Under the pieces are notes generated by a model. It saw only the letters and a list, made by a program, of their open reading frames with translations, had not been told where the DNA came from and searched no databases. From Calcarisporiella thermophila CBS 279.70 (Eukaryota > Fungi > Calcarisporiellomycota), in the NCBI RefSeq assembly GCF_041956535.1, contig NW_027192191.1, positions 1,506,087 to 1,570,086 of the forward strand: a stretch of 64,000 bases of DNA, read 5' to 3'. The position numbers were made by a program, and so were the translations under genes. The stretch's first letter is position 1; each line of letters begins with the position of its first letter. Positions 21,339 to 34,107 of the stretch are shown here, one piece after another.

Positions 21339-22120
21339 TGAAGCTCTTTCTGAGTTGGGAATAATGTAGTTTGAAATTTAATTGTATTGAATGTAAGCAA
21401 AACTATCTCTACTTTTCTCCACGCAATGGTATATTTATACCTTCGACCTCCTTCTTACATTCCAATTTCGGAGACCCAATTCGCCTAATATTAATATAAT
21501 TGGAAAATTTAGAGAAATAACCTGGAATAGGAAACATGGTGTTAAATCTTTTCCTCGAGATGGGGTCAACCCAAGCCAAACTCGTACGAAAACGACCATC
21601 AAATAGTATATTGGTAATTGGATATTGGTTCAGTAGACTTTCCATTGGCGATTCTCACGATTTGGACTTGGACCTTGGTCAAACCTGGTCAAAACAAATC
21701 ATCTCGCATTACGATTGTAAACGTGTCTATTTAAGTAATAGTTAGAACAGACCATTCTCTATTTTGTCAGTGGCGTTCGGAGAGAATATATTTTTGCCAC
21801 TCAATTAAGAAAAATCCAAGCCTGATGCCACACATCACCGATACAGAATATATAGTGCTCGATAACACTTGCAAAGTGCTTTACCTCCCAAACAACCTCC
21901 CTTAGAGGCTTGTCATTATGGGGTGAAGGAGGAAGAACAAGTAAAAAACGCTATTCTATTGTGGATGGAGTAACTGTCCAAGTCCATATCAACTTGTAAA
22001 TATCCATGACAATTATAATGGTCGTCTGAAATTAATCTGATATAAAGCATAATTTTGCTTGGTGATGAAACTGAATCGCGCAATTCTGTATTTTCTCACC
22101 TAATTGCCTAATTCTTAACA

Positions 22121-22683
22121 ATGTTCAATTCAGTTTTAGCGCGAATTCCTGCACGCGGTACAGTCAATGTTCAGGCTTTACGGTCATTGCATCAAGTAAG
22201 GCCTTGCTAGCTTTCATATCATTGGTGTGATGTTGACGTTCATATATGTCTATCTTTATTTTATTTTTGTGAATGTGATAGACGCACCCCAAGCTCTCTC
22301 GCTTTTCTGATCTTGTACGTAAAGTTGAAAAGGAGCAGGGAATTCACTCGATTACTGTTTCACAGCTGCATCAACAACTTTCCGTGACCTCTCCTCCGCA
22401 TGTAATAGATGTCCGTGAATCAAGTGAAATATCCAGAGGAAAAATCCCGAGGGCCATTCCTCTTCCTCGTGGCATTCTCGAACGTGATGTCGAAAAGCAC
22501 ATCAAGGCCGAAGATGAGAGCAAAGTTGTGGTTTACTGTGCTGGAGGGCTAAGGAGTATTCTTGCGGCCGAGAGTCTAATTCGAATGGGGTACAAAAATG
22601 TCTTGAGTCTCGAAGGCGGTATAGACGCTTGGAGGAAGGAGGGCTACGAGATTGAGGCTGGGGAGAAACAAGGGGATGCGTGA
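22121..22683 (+). CDS. Single-domain rhodanese/sulfurtransferase with probable mitochondrial presequence (2 exons)
   Basis: Exon 1 MFNSVLARIPARGTVNVQALRSLHQ; exon 2 VIDVRE...IPRAIPLPRGILE...VVYCAGGLRS...LEGGIDAW. Confidence 0.9.
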
Positions 22684-22995
22684 ATAAGGTTAGGCAAGAA
22701 ATGAAATAGATATATGTTTCTATATTACATGCTGATTTATCTGGAAGACAATAAAATTACCAAGTGCAGCGCCAGGCTTTTGGTTCATATTAAGATTTTC
22801 TCTTTACGAAGGCCATCTCCACTCCCCATAATTAATAAATCGATAAAAAGAAATTGAACCATACAAGGATGTCTACGTCACCTCTCCGTCTATAGCTTAA
22901 AAAAAGAAGCACTAGTATCAACTCTCACACACCCTTAAAAAAAAAAATCGAATTACTGGATTTGATTATCCAATCCTTTATCCATAGCACACACC

Positions 22996-23648
22996 ATGTC
23001 TCTACCTTTGTACGGAATCGATAGGGGTAGGTTCATCTTGGTGGTGATGAGTGATGAGGTGATGGCGGTTCAATAACGTGTTCTATCTTCACCCTAGAAA
23101 TTCACAATCGCATTAAAGCGAAGTATGACCCGGAACGTGAGCGCCAGGCGCGGGAGTATATAGAGACAGTGACGGGTGAATCTTTTCCCTCGGAGGATTT
23201 CCGCGAGAGCCTTAAAGATGGTGTATTGTTATGCAAGTCAGTATCCAACAGTACTTTCTCTTGCCCATAGCACTCCGCTAATACCCCCCCCCAATCGCAA
23301 TAGAACTCTAAATCAGGTCCTTCCAGGCGAAGTGTCCTACCGTGAATCCAAGATGCCATTTGTGCAAATGGAGAACATAGCTGCTTTTCTCCGCGGGGCG
23401 GAGAAGCTCGGCATGCCAAAACATGATCTCTTCCAGACGGTAGACTTGTATGAGGGAAAGAACATGGTGCAGGTCATCGATACGATTTTCTCGTTTAGTC
23501 GCCACGCGGTAAAGCATGGTTTTGAAGGGCCTGTAAGTGACTTTTAGGCATATACCGATAAAGAAGGAGCGAGGCCACTGACTACCTGTTTCCTTATATC
23601 TAGGTGCTTGGACCAAAGCTTGTGGACAAGAATCCCAGAAAGGAGTAA
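22996..23648 (+). CDS. SCP1: Transgelin/calponin (Scp1-like) CH-domain actin-binding protein, 4 exons
   Basis: LYGIDREIHNRIKAKYDPERE, SLKDGVLLC, KMPFVQMENIAAFL, DLFQTVDLYEGKNMVQVIDT, GPVLGPKL. Confidence 0.92.
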
Positions 23649-24517
23649 AGCTCTCTATTGCGGAGATGTCTTTGTTATTGTTTGCTTCCCTTTGTGCCCC
23701 CTTCTCTAATTGTATTTTTTATTTGGTTTCTCCTGCGCTACGTTCCAATCCTGCAATTCTCTCTTTCCCTTTCCCCATGGACGCTCCCTTCCAATCATTA
23801 TCTGCTCTTTGCAATGCAATAAATTCAAAAAAGAAATACTGAGCTGTAAACTCCTAGGCGGCTAATGTATGGATGGCCGGTTGGGCTTGCTGCTGGAGCA
23901 TCCATACGGCCGGGTGATCCATCCCTCGCCAGAAAGGCCCTGGGATAATCGGTAGAAGGGCGCGGGAAGAGTGGGAGAATGGAGAATAGAGCCAAGAAAC
24001 AAGAGCCAAGAGAGAAGAACCAACTGAGAAAGTTTAATAATCAAGTAGGTTGATTTTGAGAAAAATTAAATGACCGATGCTCCCTAATGGGCGAAGGAAT
24101 CGATCTGGAGATTGGCCAGTGGCCACATTTTTTTTTCTTCTCCCTGTTAATTTTTTTTTCTCACTCTCTTAAAGCACCCTGAGCTCTTGGGAACTTGATC
24201 ATTCCTTTTCGCCACTTGCACTTATCTCGCCAAACGCCAACTTCTGCCACACTAAGACTCCTTCTTCGCCCCATATTCTCTCCCCCAATTTCCTTTTTAT
24301 TGTATTTATTTGTATTTATTCACTTTTATATATTCGACTTGAGCAGTTATTATTCCTCCCTCAGAAGAAAGTTATAGGTCCATTATCGCGCCTTCAGCCC
24401 AGTTTGATGGTGACCCGCCCGCTTTCCCTCCCCTGATCATCTCTAACCATGAAGGCTCATGCATCTTTTGACTATAGGAGAAAAAGTGCGATTGTTGAAT
24501 TTTAGCCTCAGGAAAAC

Positions 24518-26319
24518 ATGGCGTCCCCCGAACACTTTCTCGAAGCGGAAATCGACGATAATTGTAGGTGACAGATCGATCTCCATCCAATCAGAATGCT
24601 AATTATTGGACCCTCTTCTATTTAATTAATACTAGCTTCTTTTGAGGAAGGCTTAGTGGATGAGTGGTGGCACACGGTATGTATTCTGGGTCCGGTGGAT
24701 GAAGGCAATCTGATTGATGAGTTGATTATTATCCGAGTAGAAGGAGGAAATCACAGATGACGACGTACGGAATGGCCTGGATATGCAGGGGATACAATGG
24801 GATGCGGTTGGGGTTACGAGGCAGCGATATCGGGAGCTGAGGTATGTTTTTTGAGCTGGGCTAGCACAGCACTCAATGGGGGCTAATCGGCTGTAACCTG
24901 CTTAATAGACTGATCGGCTATTCCAATTACGAGAGTGTTACCGAACCCAACGAAGGCGTGTCCATTAAAGTGATGGTAAGTAGAGCCGATCGATCGACAA
25001 AGCCATAGCCGTGTGCGTATATACTGATGACCCCCATTTTTAGCCCGAAATACAAAGCGTGAAAACCGACGCCGAATACTACAAGTTCAAGTATACGAAA
25101 TTGAGCGAGCGCTGTTCGTTGGTGCACTTTCAGCTTCGAAATTTGCTCTGGGTTCCGTCGAAAAACGACGTCTTTTACACACGTAACCTTTGTGGCTTGC
25201 TGTTCTCTCCCATCCATTGCGACCACTAACCCATCCATGTCGCCCTATTTTCATAGAGGGTCCACGAGTGCAACACTGGTGTCCAATTACGCACGAATCG
25301 CGGACAGTGATGGCCATGGACAAATCAGAGGTGTATGGCAGCGTATATCCCACAAAAATAACTACCATGGCATGCCGAGAGGATGTGCTGCTGGTTGGAG
25401 GTAGATGATAGCTCCTCTGGGTTCTCTTTTATCACTTTCCCCTATTGACCACTCTCATGGATTAGGGTTTTGTGGCGAATATGCATGTCGGAGACTGGAC
25501 GCGGAGGGAACATACACCGGGTTCATCACCAAGGATAGCAACGGCATCACAAACTACGTGGACATAACTCGGTCAAGAAGTGGTGGTAAGTGAAATGCTG
25601 GAAGCTCCCTGGCTCTCTTGCGTCCTCCAACGTGACTTTCATTAGGGCTCTGCTCGATCATCTCGAGCAACGACAAGCGAACGCGGACCCTGGATTTGGA
25701 GCGCCTAGAGTTCACGCAATCATTTGAATTCCAGTGGCCTGTCAATTGTGCAACCATGAGTCCCGACAAACGTTTACTATGCGTGGTGGGCGACGGAACC
25801 GAAACACTGTTGCTGAATGCCGAGAGCGGAGAGGGTAATTGCACCAGCCACCAGGAGCTGCGTCGACAATAGGCATGACTAACCCCCGCCTCTGCTCAAT
25901 ATGTAGTTTTAACCGTGCTGGATGGCCATCTTGATCACTCATTTGCGTGTAGTTGGAGCCCGGATGGGATTCTGCTGGCCACCGGCAACCAGGACAAAAC
26001 CTCTCGACTCTACGACGTTCGCTTTCTGTCGAAGCCGCTCTGCGTCCTCGGGGCTCAGATGGGGGCCATCCGCTCGCTGCGGTTCTCGGATGACGGCAAG
26101 TTTTTTGCCATGGCGGAGCCCGCCGACTTCGTCCACGTATTCGACGTCACCAACTTTGACCGCTCGCAGCTGATCGACTTCTTTGGAGAGATTGCAGGTT
26201 TCAGCTTTACACCGGATGCCGAAGGGTTGTATATAGCGAACGCCGATAATGCCTATGGATCAATACTCGAATTTGAGCGTGCTTTTTCCACTGTAAATTA
26301 TGTTATGGACTGGCTGTAA
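24518..26319 (+). CDS. WD40 protein of the DUF2415 / S. pombe C2A9.03-like family (multi-exon)
   Basis: GLDMQGIQWD...RQRYRELR, LVHFQLRNLLW, GHLDHSFACSWSPDG...ATGNQDKTSRLYD, AMAEPADFVHVFD, IDFFGEIAGFSFTPD. Confidence 0.88.
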
Positions 26320-27626
26320 ATTGATTATCCTATTCTATCGCTTTTTCCCTCCTCCCCTATTCACTCTTAAAGGTTTTTTTTTATTAAATTCCACTTTTCT
26401 TCTTCTTCTTCTCTATCCTCTAAACAAAAATTCTGCCCACTTTTTTTTGTTTCTATTTTTATTTTTATTTCATTTTATCTTATTTTTTTTATCGTTTCCT
26501 ATTTAGCCATTTTCACAACTTCCTTTGTTTATATTTTTTATATCTTTTTTGAAGATGTTGGATCGAATAAGGTCCCCGTTTTGCGTTTAATAACACATTG
26601 GTTGCATTCTTTTTTCCTTCCGCGTTTTTATTGCTCCTCGCCCCCAAATCCCCCTTACGCCTCCCCACAGAATTGCATCAGGACCTGATCCAGTGGTCAT
26701 GAAGGGGGAAGGGAAAAAAAGTATGCGTATCAATAGGAAGCAATATTACGCGTGGATGGTGAAACATAATTAAAAGCAATAAATATTATTCAACCGCAAT
26801 GTGATCTAGACGCCTTTTTGGTCAAGTAAGACATATGAAGGCATCAAATACGGGTTCGGGGGGAACGCAACTTGGCTTGGAGGGATTGAGGGAGGTTACT
26901 CAGAGAATAATCCCCTAGTTTGAGTGGGCGTCGACTTGGCCCCATTGGCCAGAGGGAGAATTTATGGTTAATATAGAGTTGGCTGGTCAGTCCGTCGGAA
27001 TATTCTTTTTCGTTTCTAGAAATCGATATTTCTAGTTAGATTGAAAAAAAGATGGCCTATTGTGGCGCAGCCCTAAGCTCTATGGTGCATTGTGGGAGAC
27101 TTTCCTCTGACCTATTTGAGCTAACACGCTTTTTGACATTCTCATCTTTTCTAAATTTTCTCTTTCTCATCTATTGCTCTTCCCCGTATCTCTCTAGTTG
27201 TGGCGAGGTTATTAGTCTGATTCCAGAAGTCGTTTAATACCATTTGAATTAGAATTGGCCATTGGCATTGTATCGCGTCATTCGAGCCTATTACTTGGAA
27301 CATCGCTTACCACAAAGCTTATTCACTAGCCCTGGGTAGTGGTGCAAAAGATGATTGTTGCCTGATACACCTATCCCATCGATTACTCTATCAATACCAG
27401 CCCATCCTAGGATAAGAGCGTGTCCTCTGCCATTGATTTCTTCGCCTTGAAATCCTCATCACCTTCCTTTCATACTTTCGCTTTTTCATCTCTTCCCACT
27501 GTTTTCCTTTATTTGAGGGAAAACGATTAAGGTGGACTGCCCTCCTCTCCTTCATCCCCTCCAAAAGAAGTGGATTACTCCATTTTGTATTATTGTATAA
27601 TATAATTCGAGCTCGTTGGGTGGATA

Positions 27627-29078
27627 ATGTATAGGATACGATTTATATCAAAAATAGTAAGTTGCTCACTTCCTGGGTTGATGAACAATCTCTAATCAAT
27701 CTAATAACTTTATTTGACAGCTGGGGGAGTCCAAATCTGCTCGTTTGGCCGTGTTGATAACGCTCCTCCAAGTTTTACTGGTGATCACCTTCCAGCTAGT
27801 TATATTTTTTATGCATCTTGACCAACTGAAAAAGATGGACGGTAGGCGATGACACAGTGGACATTTTAGCACTGACTTCTCCCTAATATTAGTGTTATTA
27901 TTTTTTTCATTTTCACCCAGGCCTAGGGGTACCTATTGATACGTACAGAAACGCGCAGAGTCTAAGTGTTTACCATGTTTTATTCATGGTTGCGCAAATA
28001 TTTCAATTAATGTATTGCCTAGACGCGGTAAGAAGAACTATTATCTTAATTGCATGGAGCCTGACCCCTCATGCTCATCTGACTTGTTTCCATCTTAGGT
28101 CAACCAAAAGAATACGATCCAAATCATTGCTCTTGCATTCTTCGACTGCTGCCTTTCCTTCTACAGCGCGGTCCAATTTTACCAGGCTGCGAATCTCCTG
28201 AATAATTTATCACACAGTTTGCGTCTCGAGTTGTTAGCCTCCAATAACAGCGGAAAATGGGCACTAATAGTCGTGATTGTTATCATGCTAACCTCGTCGC
28301 TCATGTTCATGTATCTGGCCTACAAAATGTATCTCGAGTTTGGATGGAGAATCTACAAGAAAATTGGTGCGGATTTGGCCATGCGGGGTAATATTCTCGA
28401 TAGATCTTTCTTTATGAAACCCAATTTTCAAGGAGGCTGATCCAGTTTAACTGTTTGATGTCACCTTAGACATGTATAAGATCTACCAAATTTTCATCGT
28501 ACTCCTAAAGTTCGACGCTTTTTTCTTTCTCGCCTTCTCGGTTCAGTACCTTGCCGTGCTACTGAACTCCAACTCGACCGATCATGGCTCCTCTCTGTTC
28601 GGCCAAAACCTCTTCTATCTGATCATTTCCTTCCTCTCCACCCTAGTGACCATGGTGATGATTGGGTGCTATTTCTTGGGAGTTCGCCGGGAGTCCACGG
28701 CATTGATTATCATTGCCAACCTCTCCAACCTGGGGCAGATGGCCTATTTTATTTATGAGCTCTGGGATGTGAACAGTCGTCGGGGCGATTTCGTCGGGAG
28801 TCAAATCTTCCTAACCTTTTTCTGTAAATATCCTGCCATCATGTTGTCCCTCCCTAACCTCCCCTCCCCTCCCAGAAGATTGACCCATCTCTACACTTCT
28901 TTGTTTAGCGGCTGTGTGCTTCGTCATGGCAATTTTGACTCTTGTCGTCTCTATGCTTGCCTTCCGGAACTTCAATCGCGGATTGAAATCACATCTCACA
29001 CAACCTCCCGCAACGGATAATTCAGGGCACTCGATGAATTCGACCACCGCGCTGGGCAAGCGATGGTCTATCGAATAA
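27627..29078 (+). CDS. Fungal multi-pass membrane protein (UPF0658 / C1952.10c-like), multi-exon
   Basis: Multiple TM helices; KNTIQIIAL, YLEFGWRIYKKIGADL, MYKIYQIFIVLLKFD, GVRRES, NFNRGLK...RWSIE. Confidence 0.82.
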
Positions 29079-29592
29079 TAATACCACATCTATTTTTTAT
29101 TTTATAATCTTTCCAAGATATTATTTTAGCTTATTTTTATACAATCATTTAATCTCGAGAGAAGGGTTTTCTTTTTGTGTTGTTGTTTATTCCTTTTTGA
29201 ATAGCCTTTTTTTTTTCGTCTCTCCATTCCTCTCCACCCCCTGATATCTTCTGTTTTTACGCAGTTTCATGGTCTTCTTATTTTGCCTCTGTAATAAGTT
29301 TTTTTTTCTGGATTTCTGTCGTTTTTTTTTCTCGTTAGTTTTTTTTCCCTATGAAAAAAAGGAAATGGTGTATCTGTACCCTTTCTCTAATCAAATCTAT
29401 TCATTTCATATTATTAGAAGGGGGCTCAGGATGGGCAGAAAATGGAAAAGAGAGTAGGGATGAAGAGGGAAAACATGAAATAATGTATATAAAATAAGTA
29501 GAGCATTGAAGCTGAGAAAAATAAGCAAATAAAAAAGTAGTTTATATATATATCGTTTAAACAGCAGCCCTCGTGTAATAAGGGCATGGGCG

Positions 29593-30881
29593 TTAAGAAG
29601 TGTTTTCGCGTTTATGGAGCGGGAGATAATCTATCTTCTGCTCATTTCTCCATAGGTTGTATCCATAGATGCCAGCAATAGAGATGATCAGCCCAATCAC
29701 ATTGACCGCGTTCAGTTGGTCACCATACACTACCACAGAGAGCAGCACCACCACGATCTCCTTGCAGATTCCCGCCACACTCAGCGTCAGAGTATTACTT
29801 GCTTGGATGAGAAAGAGCTCTGCCATCATCATGCAGAACGCAAGGATGCCCCCTGCGGCCATCAGGGCCAGAGTTTCAAGAATGGCGTTCAGCGTTGCGA
29901 AATGGCGGGAGGTGCGGATCTGAGTCCACGGATCCTCGGTGCATAGTGAAAATATCAGCATGAAAATACACATCAAGGGGGCAAGTTGGTTCAGCGTTCG
30001 TACGGGCCCGCTTGTCCCGCGCATCAAAAGCTCCGTAAGTACCCATCTCAAGCCGCTGATGACGGAGGCACCCAGGACCAACAGGAACCCAGCCAGGTTG
30101 AACTGGGTTTCTCCGAAAATGGTCAGCAATACACCCGTAATAATAACGGTGATGATTGCGATCAATGAGAGACGCGGCTTTTCTAGGCCGGCTAGGAAAG
30201 CGAAGAGCAAGACATAAATAGGTGTGGAGGATTTCACCTGTTAAAGCGAACACGGAAGCTGTGTAAGAATCACAAGACCGGATGAGATAACGGGTCACAT
30301 CTTGTATACATACCATTGTATAAAAGCTAAGCGTGATATAAATCAATGATGCGTTGGCCAACCCAATTTCCATCGCTGCTGCCAACGCGCAAGGAATCTT
30401 CAATTAAAATGAAATGAACGGGGGATATATAATCGATTGAGTCGAGAATGATAGACATACCACTCTTTTAGGATAAGAAGGCTCCCTTCCAAGCTTTTTG
30501 GTGCGCCTTTCGCCGAATTTCTCGGGAAAACATCGTATCAGAGCTGACGAAATGACATAGTGCATAAGCGCATGGATGGCCGTCATTAGAAACGGAAATT
30601 CCAAATCCCTGTCGAAACGTAGACGTCAATTTGGTTAACACAAGGTAGATTTATCAATGGCAAAGCGACAATTACCACTTATCCCTCCCTAACATGTTTT
30701 TGTTGTAAAAGCTGATGGATATTGAAAAGAAATACCAAGCGCCAATGTACGCCGCCAGTCTCCATCTTCTCCTATTTGGCGATGACTTGTCATTATTTGT
30801 AGTTGTGCCACTGTCCACATCAGTGGACTTTCTTGTGGGGGATGGGGAAACAAATATGGTGGTGTTCTGAGGATTGTCCAT
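29593..30881 (-). CDS. Nucleotide-sugar/triose-phosphate transporter family (SLC35C2/Ymd8-like)
   Basis: WYFFSISISFYNK, FPFLMTAIH, IGLANASLIYITLSFYTM/VKSSTPIYVLLFAF..GLEK, SGLRWVLTELL, LTLSVAGICKE. Confidence 0.92.
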
Positions 30882-31258
30882 CCTCCTTTTTCCTCTTTTT
30901 TCCTTATCCGCAAGTGAAGATGGAGATCGGGGGCTGGGCTATTCGCACTCGATTGGGATAAATATGATAAATAAGGGGAAATGATAAGTGAGCGTAATGT
31001 GCAGCAAAGGGGAGATATTGGGAGTTCAAATGGATATCTATCAGGTTTAGTGAGGAAATGGGAGAAGGTGGAGCGAAGGAAGAGTGGTGCCTTATTCTTA
31101 TCGTGTGTAGGCAATTAACGCTATAATCATCACTGATCTTCGGAATTTCATAGCTATCGGAGTTTATTCAAAAGGAGAAAAAGAATGGGAGTGAGAACCT
31201 TAAGTCTAAGGGGCGAATATCAAAATGCAGTGTTGATACAGATATGTGCTGACTATTT

Positions 31259-32313
31259 TCATCCACTAATGAGCTTAGTGAGGTTGCGAAGTCTGTCCTT
31301 AAGCTGCCGGTCTGAACTGGAGGTGCTCTCGGCTATGCTTGAGAACTATAAATAAAAGAGGAGGGAAAATGTAGAGCGTCGTAGTTAGCGCAGATTGTAC
31401 GGTTCAGCGGCATCTTACATTATTGCTTAGAATTTGGGTCTTCAACTCTTCAAACTTGGTGTCGCTCAGGGGGTTAAAGCGTATTGTATTTGATTCGGGG
31501 TAGTTGTCGTATAGAATGGATTCGGTGATAGAAAGCTGTGCGCATTGCTGAGCGAGTTTCGCAAAAATGTGCACCTCATTACGATACCTAGTGTAAATGG
31601 GTTAGAATTAGCCTCCATATTGGTTTTTTCCAGAGTGCCACGCTAGAACTAATTCGTCAACCATGCCTACATTCGATAAGCCTCTTTGTTAAGGCAATAT
31701 TTTTCCATCAGGCCATCTAGAGCAACTTTTTTGAAGATGTTCCGCACATAATGTAAAACGTGGAATATGTAATCTCTATTGGGAGTCCAGGTTGGGAATT
31801 GCTGTCCTATCGAGAGTTGACCATTCTGGTCAACCAAGGGATGAAACATATCGGTTATAAATGCGACACCAGGGGCACGCTCCGGATATTCGCGAGGGAT
31901 GTTGATGCGGAATTTAAAGACACCATTCTTATAATAGCCTTTGCGGACAAAAAGCACTCCATACCAAGTGTTCATATCATCTATGGCGGGCATGATGTAT
32001 ACTCCAGAAGGACAATGTTTAGGATTGCGCAAATTGGTGCTAGCAAGAGAGATGCAACCTTAGTCCATTATTCATAGAATCTAGCAGAGAAAAAGCATTT
32101 ACAATTCGATCATGAGCTCATAACGCCTAAAATACTGTGAGTAGAGTGGTGGTTTCTTTCGTTTGGTGGTCAAGTCGATGAGATTATTTTGACGCGTGCT
32201 TTGGTTTTGAGAACGTGCAACATTCTAAGAAAAAAAAAGTAGGTGTAAGAAAACTAGAATATAAATCAAACAGAAATTGTAGCGAGTAGCCAAAAGATGT
32301 TCACCTGTTCCAT
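31259..32313 (-). CDS. AKTIP: AKTIP/FTS/crossbronx-like inactive E2 variant (FHF complex subunit), multi-exon
   Basis: YELMIEF, CPSGVYIMP, WYGVLFVRKGYYKNGVFKFRINIP, MFHPLVD; no catalytic Cys in the E2 fold. Confidence 0.85.
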
Positions 32314-32775
32314 GTGAGATGATTAGGTAGAAATTCTCTAAATTAACTAAGATAATACTCTTCACACAATAGTAGAAATTATGAATCGAATGGACTTTTT
32401 CAAAGCCACCATTTCGCTGGATCGAGAATTAGTCTGAGACTAGGCAGTTCTTTAGTATAGTGTTGTCATATTTACTGAGTTTATGAAGCTATGACCTTTG
32501 CAAAGCAATCTATGCTCCCATAGATAATGTTGAGGACCGACCATGAATAATATGTACAATTTCTTTTAATGCTTTTGGGGTTAGCGTATAAGTTCTTATT
32601 CATTTCTGAACTTGAAACAAGAAATAGATACATGTTTTCTGCAAAACTCTCATTCCTAGTTTCATTAAAAAGACATAGGTTCCATACACATATACATAAG
32701 ACCAATAAATGCATGTCTTTATTGGTCCACATATTAAATGCTGAGTCTATAGCGACTCTTAATATCAGAACAAAT

Positions 32776-33369
32776 TTAGTTTAAACGGCTTCTTTGCTTA
32801 ATTAACTTCCAAAAACGCTTTTTGGTTCCAGGCTCGTTCAGTTTATCTATAGGTTCTTTGACTTCGCCTAGAAACACGAATCCGGCCTTTTCTAATGTAC
32901 GTCGCGAAGCCCAATTCTCGGTGAACGGGAAGCCTACGATTTCCTTCAGCCCGAGTCGTTTGAATGCAACCTCCTCTACAATTGTCTGCACAGCGGATGA
33001 CATCACTCCTTTCCTCCTCCACTCTTTCGCTAAGTAGTATCCCACTTCCCAAGAACCTTCAGGTACCTCACGCTTTTGACACTTATCAGGTGTGATTACT
33101 GATAAACCGATGGTGCCGATATATTTGCCTTTAGGATCACGGATAGCATATACGCAGTGGTCAGGAAGTTTGGTGATATGATTAAGGAAATACTCTCCAT
33201 CAGCTAGTGAGTACGGCTTAGGGACCGATAAAGTAAATTTGAAAACGTCTGGATCGTTACAAACCCGTACAAGGGCTTCTAGATCCGATCGTTGTAATGG
33301 TGAAAGAAAGTAGGGAGTTCCGGAAATAGGAATGACATCCCCCTTATCCGATTGGGGTAGACTCGACAT
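32776..33369 (-). CDS. GNAT N-acetyltransferase, RimJ/RimL family, intronless
   Basis: YIGTIGL, EVGYYLAKEWRRKGVMSSAV (acetyl-CoA motif A), NWASRRTLEKAGF. Confidence 0.93.
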   Translation of the reverse strand: MSSLPQSDKGDVIPISGTPYFLSPLQRSDLEALVRVCNDPDVFKFTLSVPKPYSLADGEYFLNHITKLPDHCVYAIRDPKGKYIGTIGLSVITPDKCQKREVPEGSWEVGYYLAKEWRRKGVMSSAVQTIVEEVAFKRLGLKEIVGFPFTENWASRRTLEKAGFVFLGEVKEPIDKLNEPGTKKRFWKLIKQRSRLN

Positions 33370-34107
33370 TGTTTTAACCCACTTGATATATAAACAATTT
33401 TTACCACCCCAACTAGCATTCTTTTATACTGAAGGTCCCTCCGAAATTGTAATATCAAAATCGATCATAAAAATTGACTCAGGTTTACCATTGATGAACA
33501 CCGATTTAAGGTCTTACCAATTTTGTAGCCGTGACTAATTACAATTCTCGGTAGATAAAACGTGTGTAATGATATATCTAAAGTGCCTCCCCACTTTTAC
33601 TTAGAATTTTCCTTAGAAGTGTCAAAAATATGTGTATTAGGATGACAAGGCTAACGACATTTCTTGTCGATGGCACGTGTTGGTTAGAATTTGAGCTTTT
33701 GGGGGCTTTATGTTCAATGCAAGTCGTATAGGATCGAGCGTTAGTTTCTAAACCCACTGTGTTGACTCTTTTGTAGAGTCCAGTCGTATTATGGACTGTA
33801 GATTTCATATCCTCCCAGTATACTGATGCCCTGATTTCGATTCCAATTGATCTAGACATCCTAGTTTGGACTTGCGACAATTTAGAATTCCTAATCGTGA
33901 TTAATGATAAATTCAGAAAGCAGCCCCACGTGGTCACGAGTCTTGGTTACTATCATTCTTTGGACAGAGACATAGGTTAAACATTTCCCCTTTCATTTTA
34001 ATTCATCGATCCGTTCTACTATAGCGTCTGACATCTAGGAAGATCAAAGGGTGCCTCGACCCAACTATCAGGTTATTAGTTGTATTGACATAGCATTCTA
34101 TTACATT

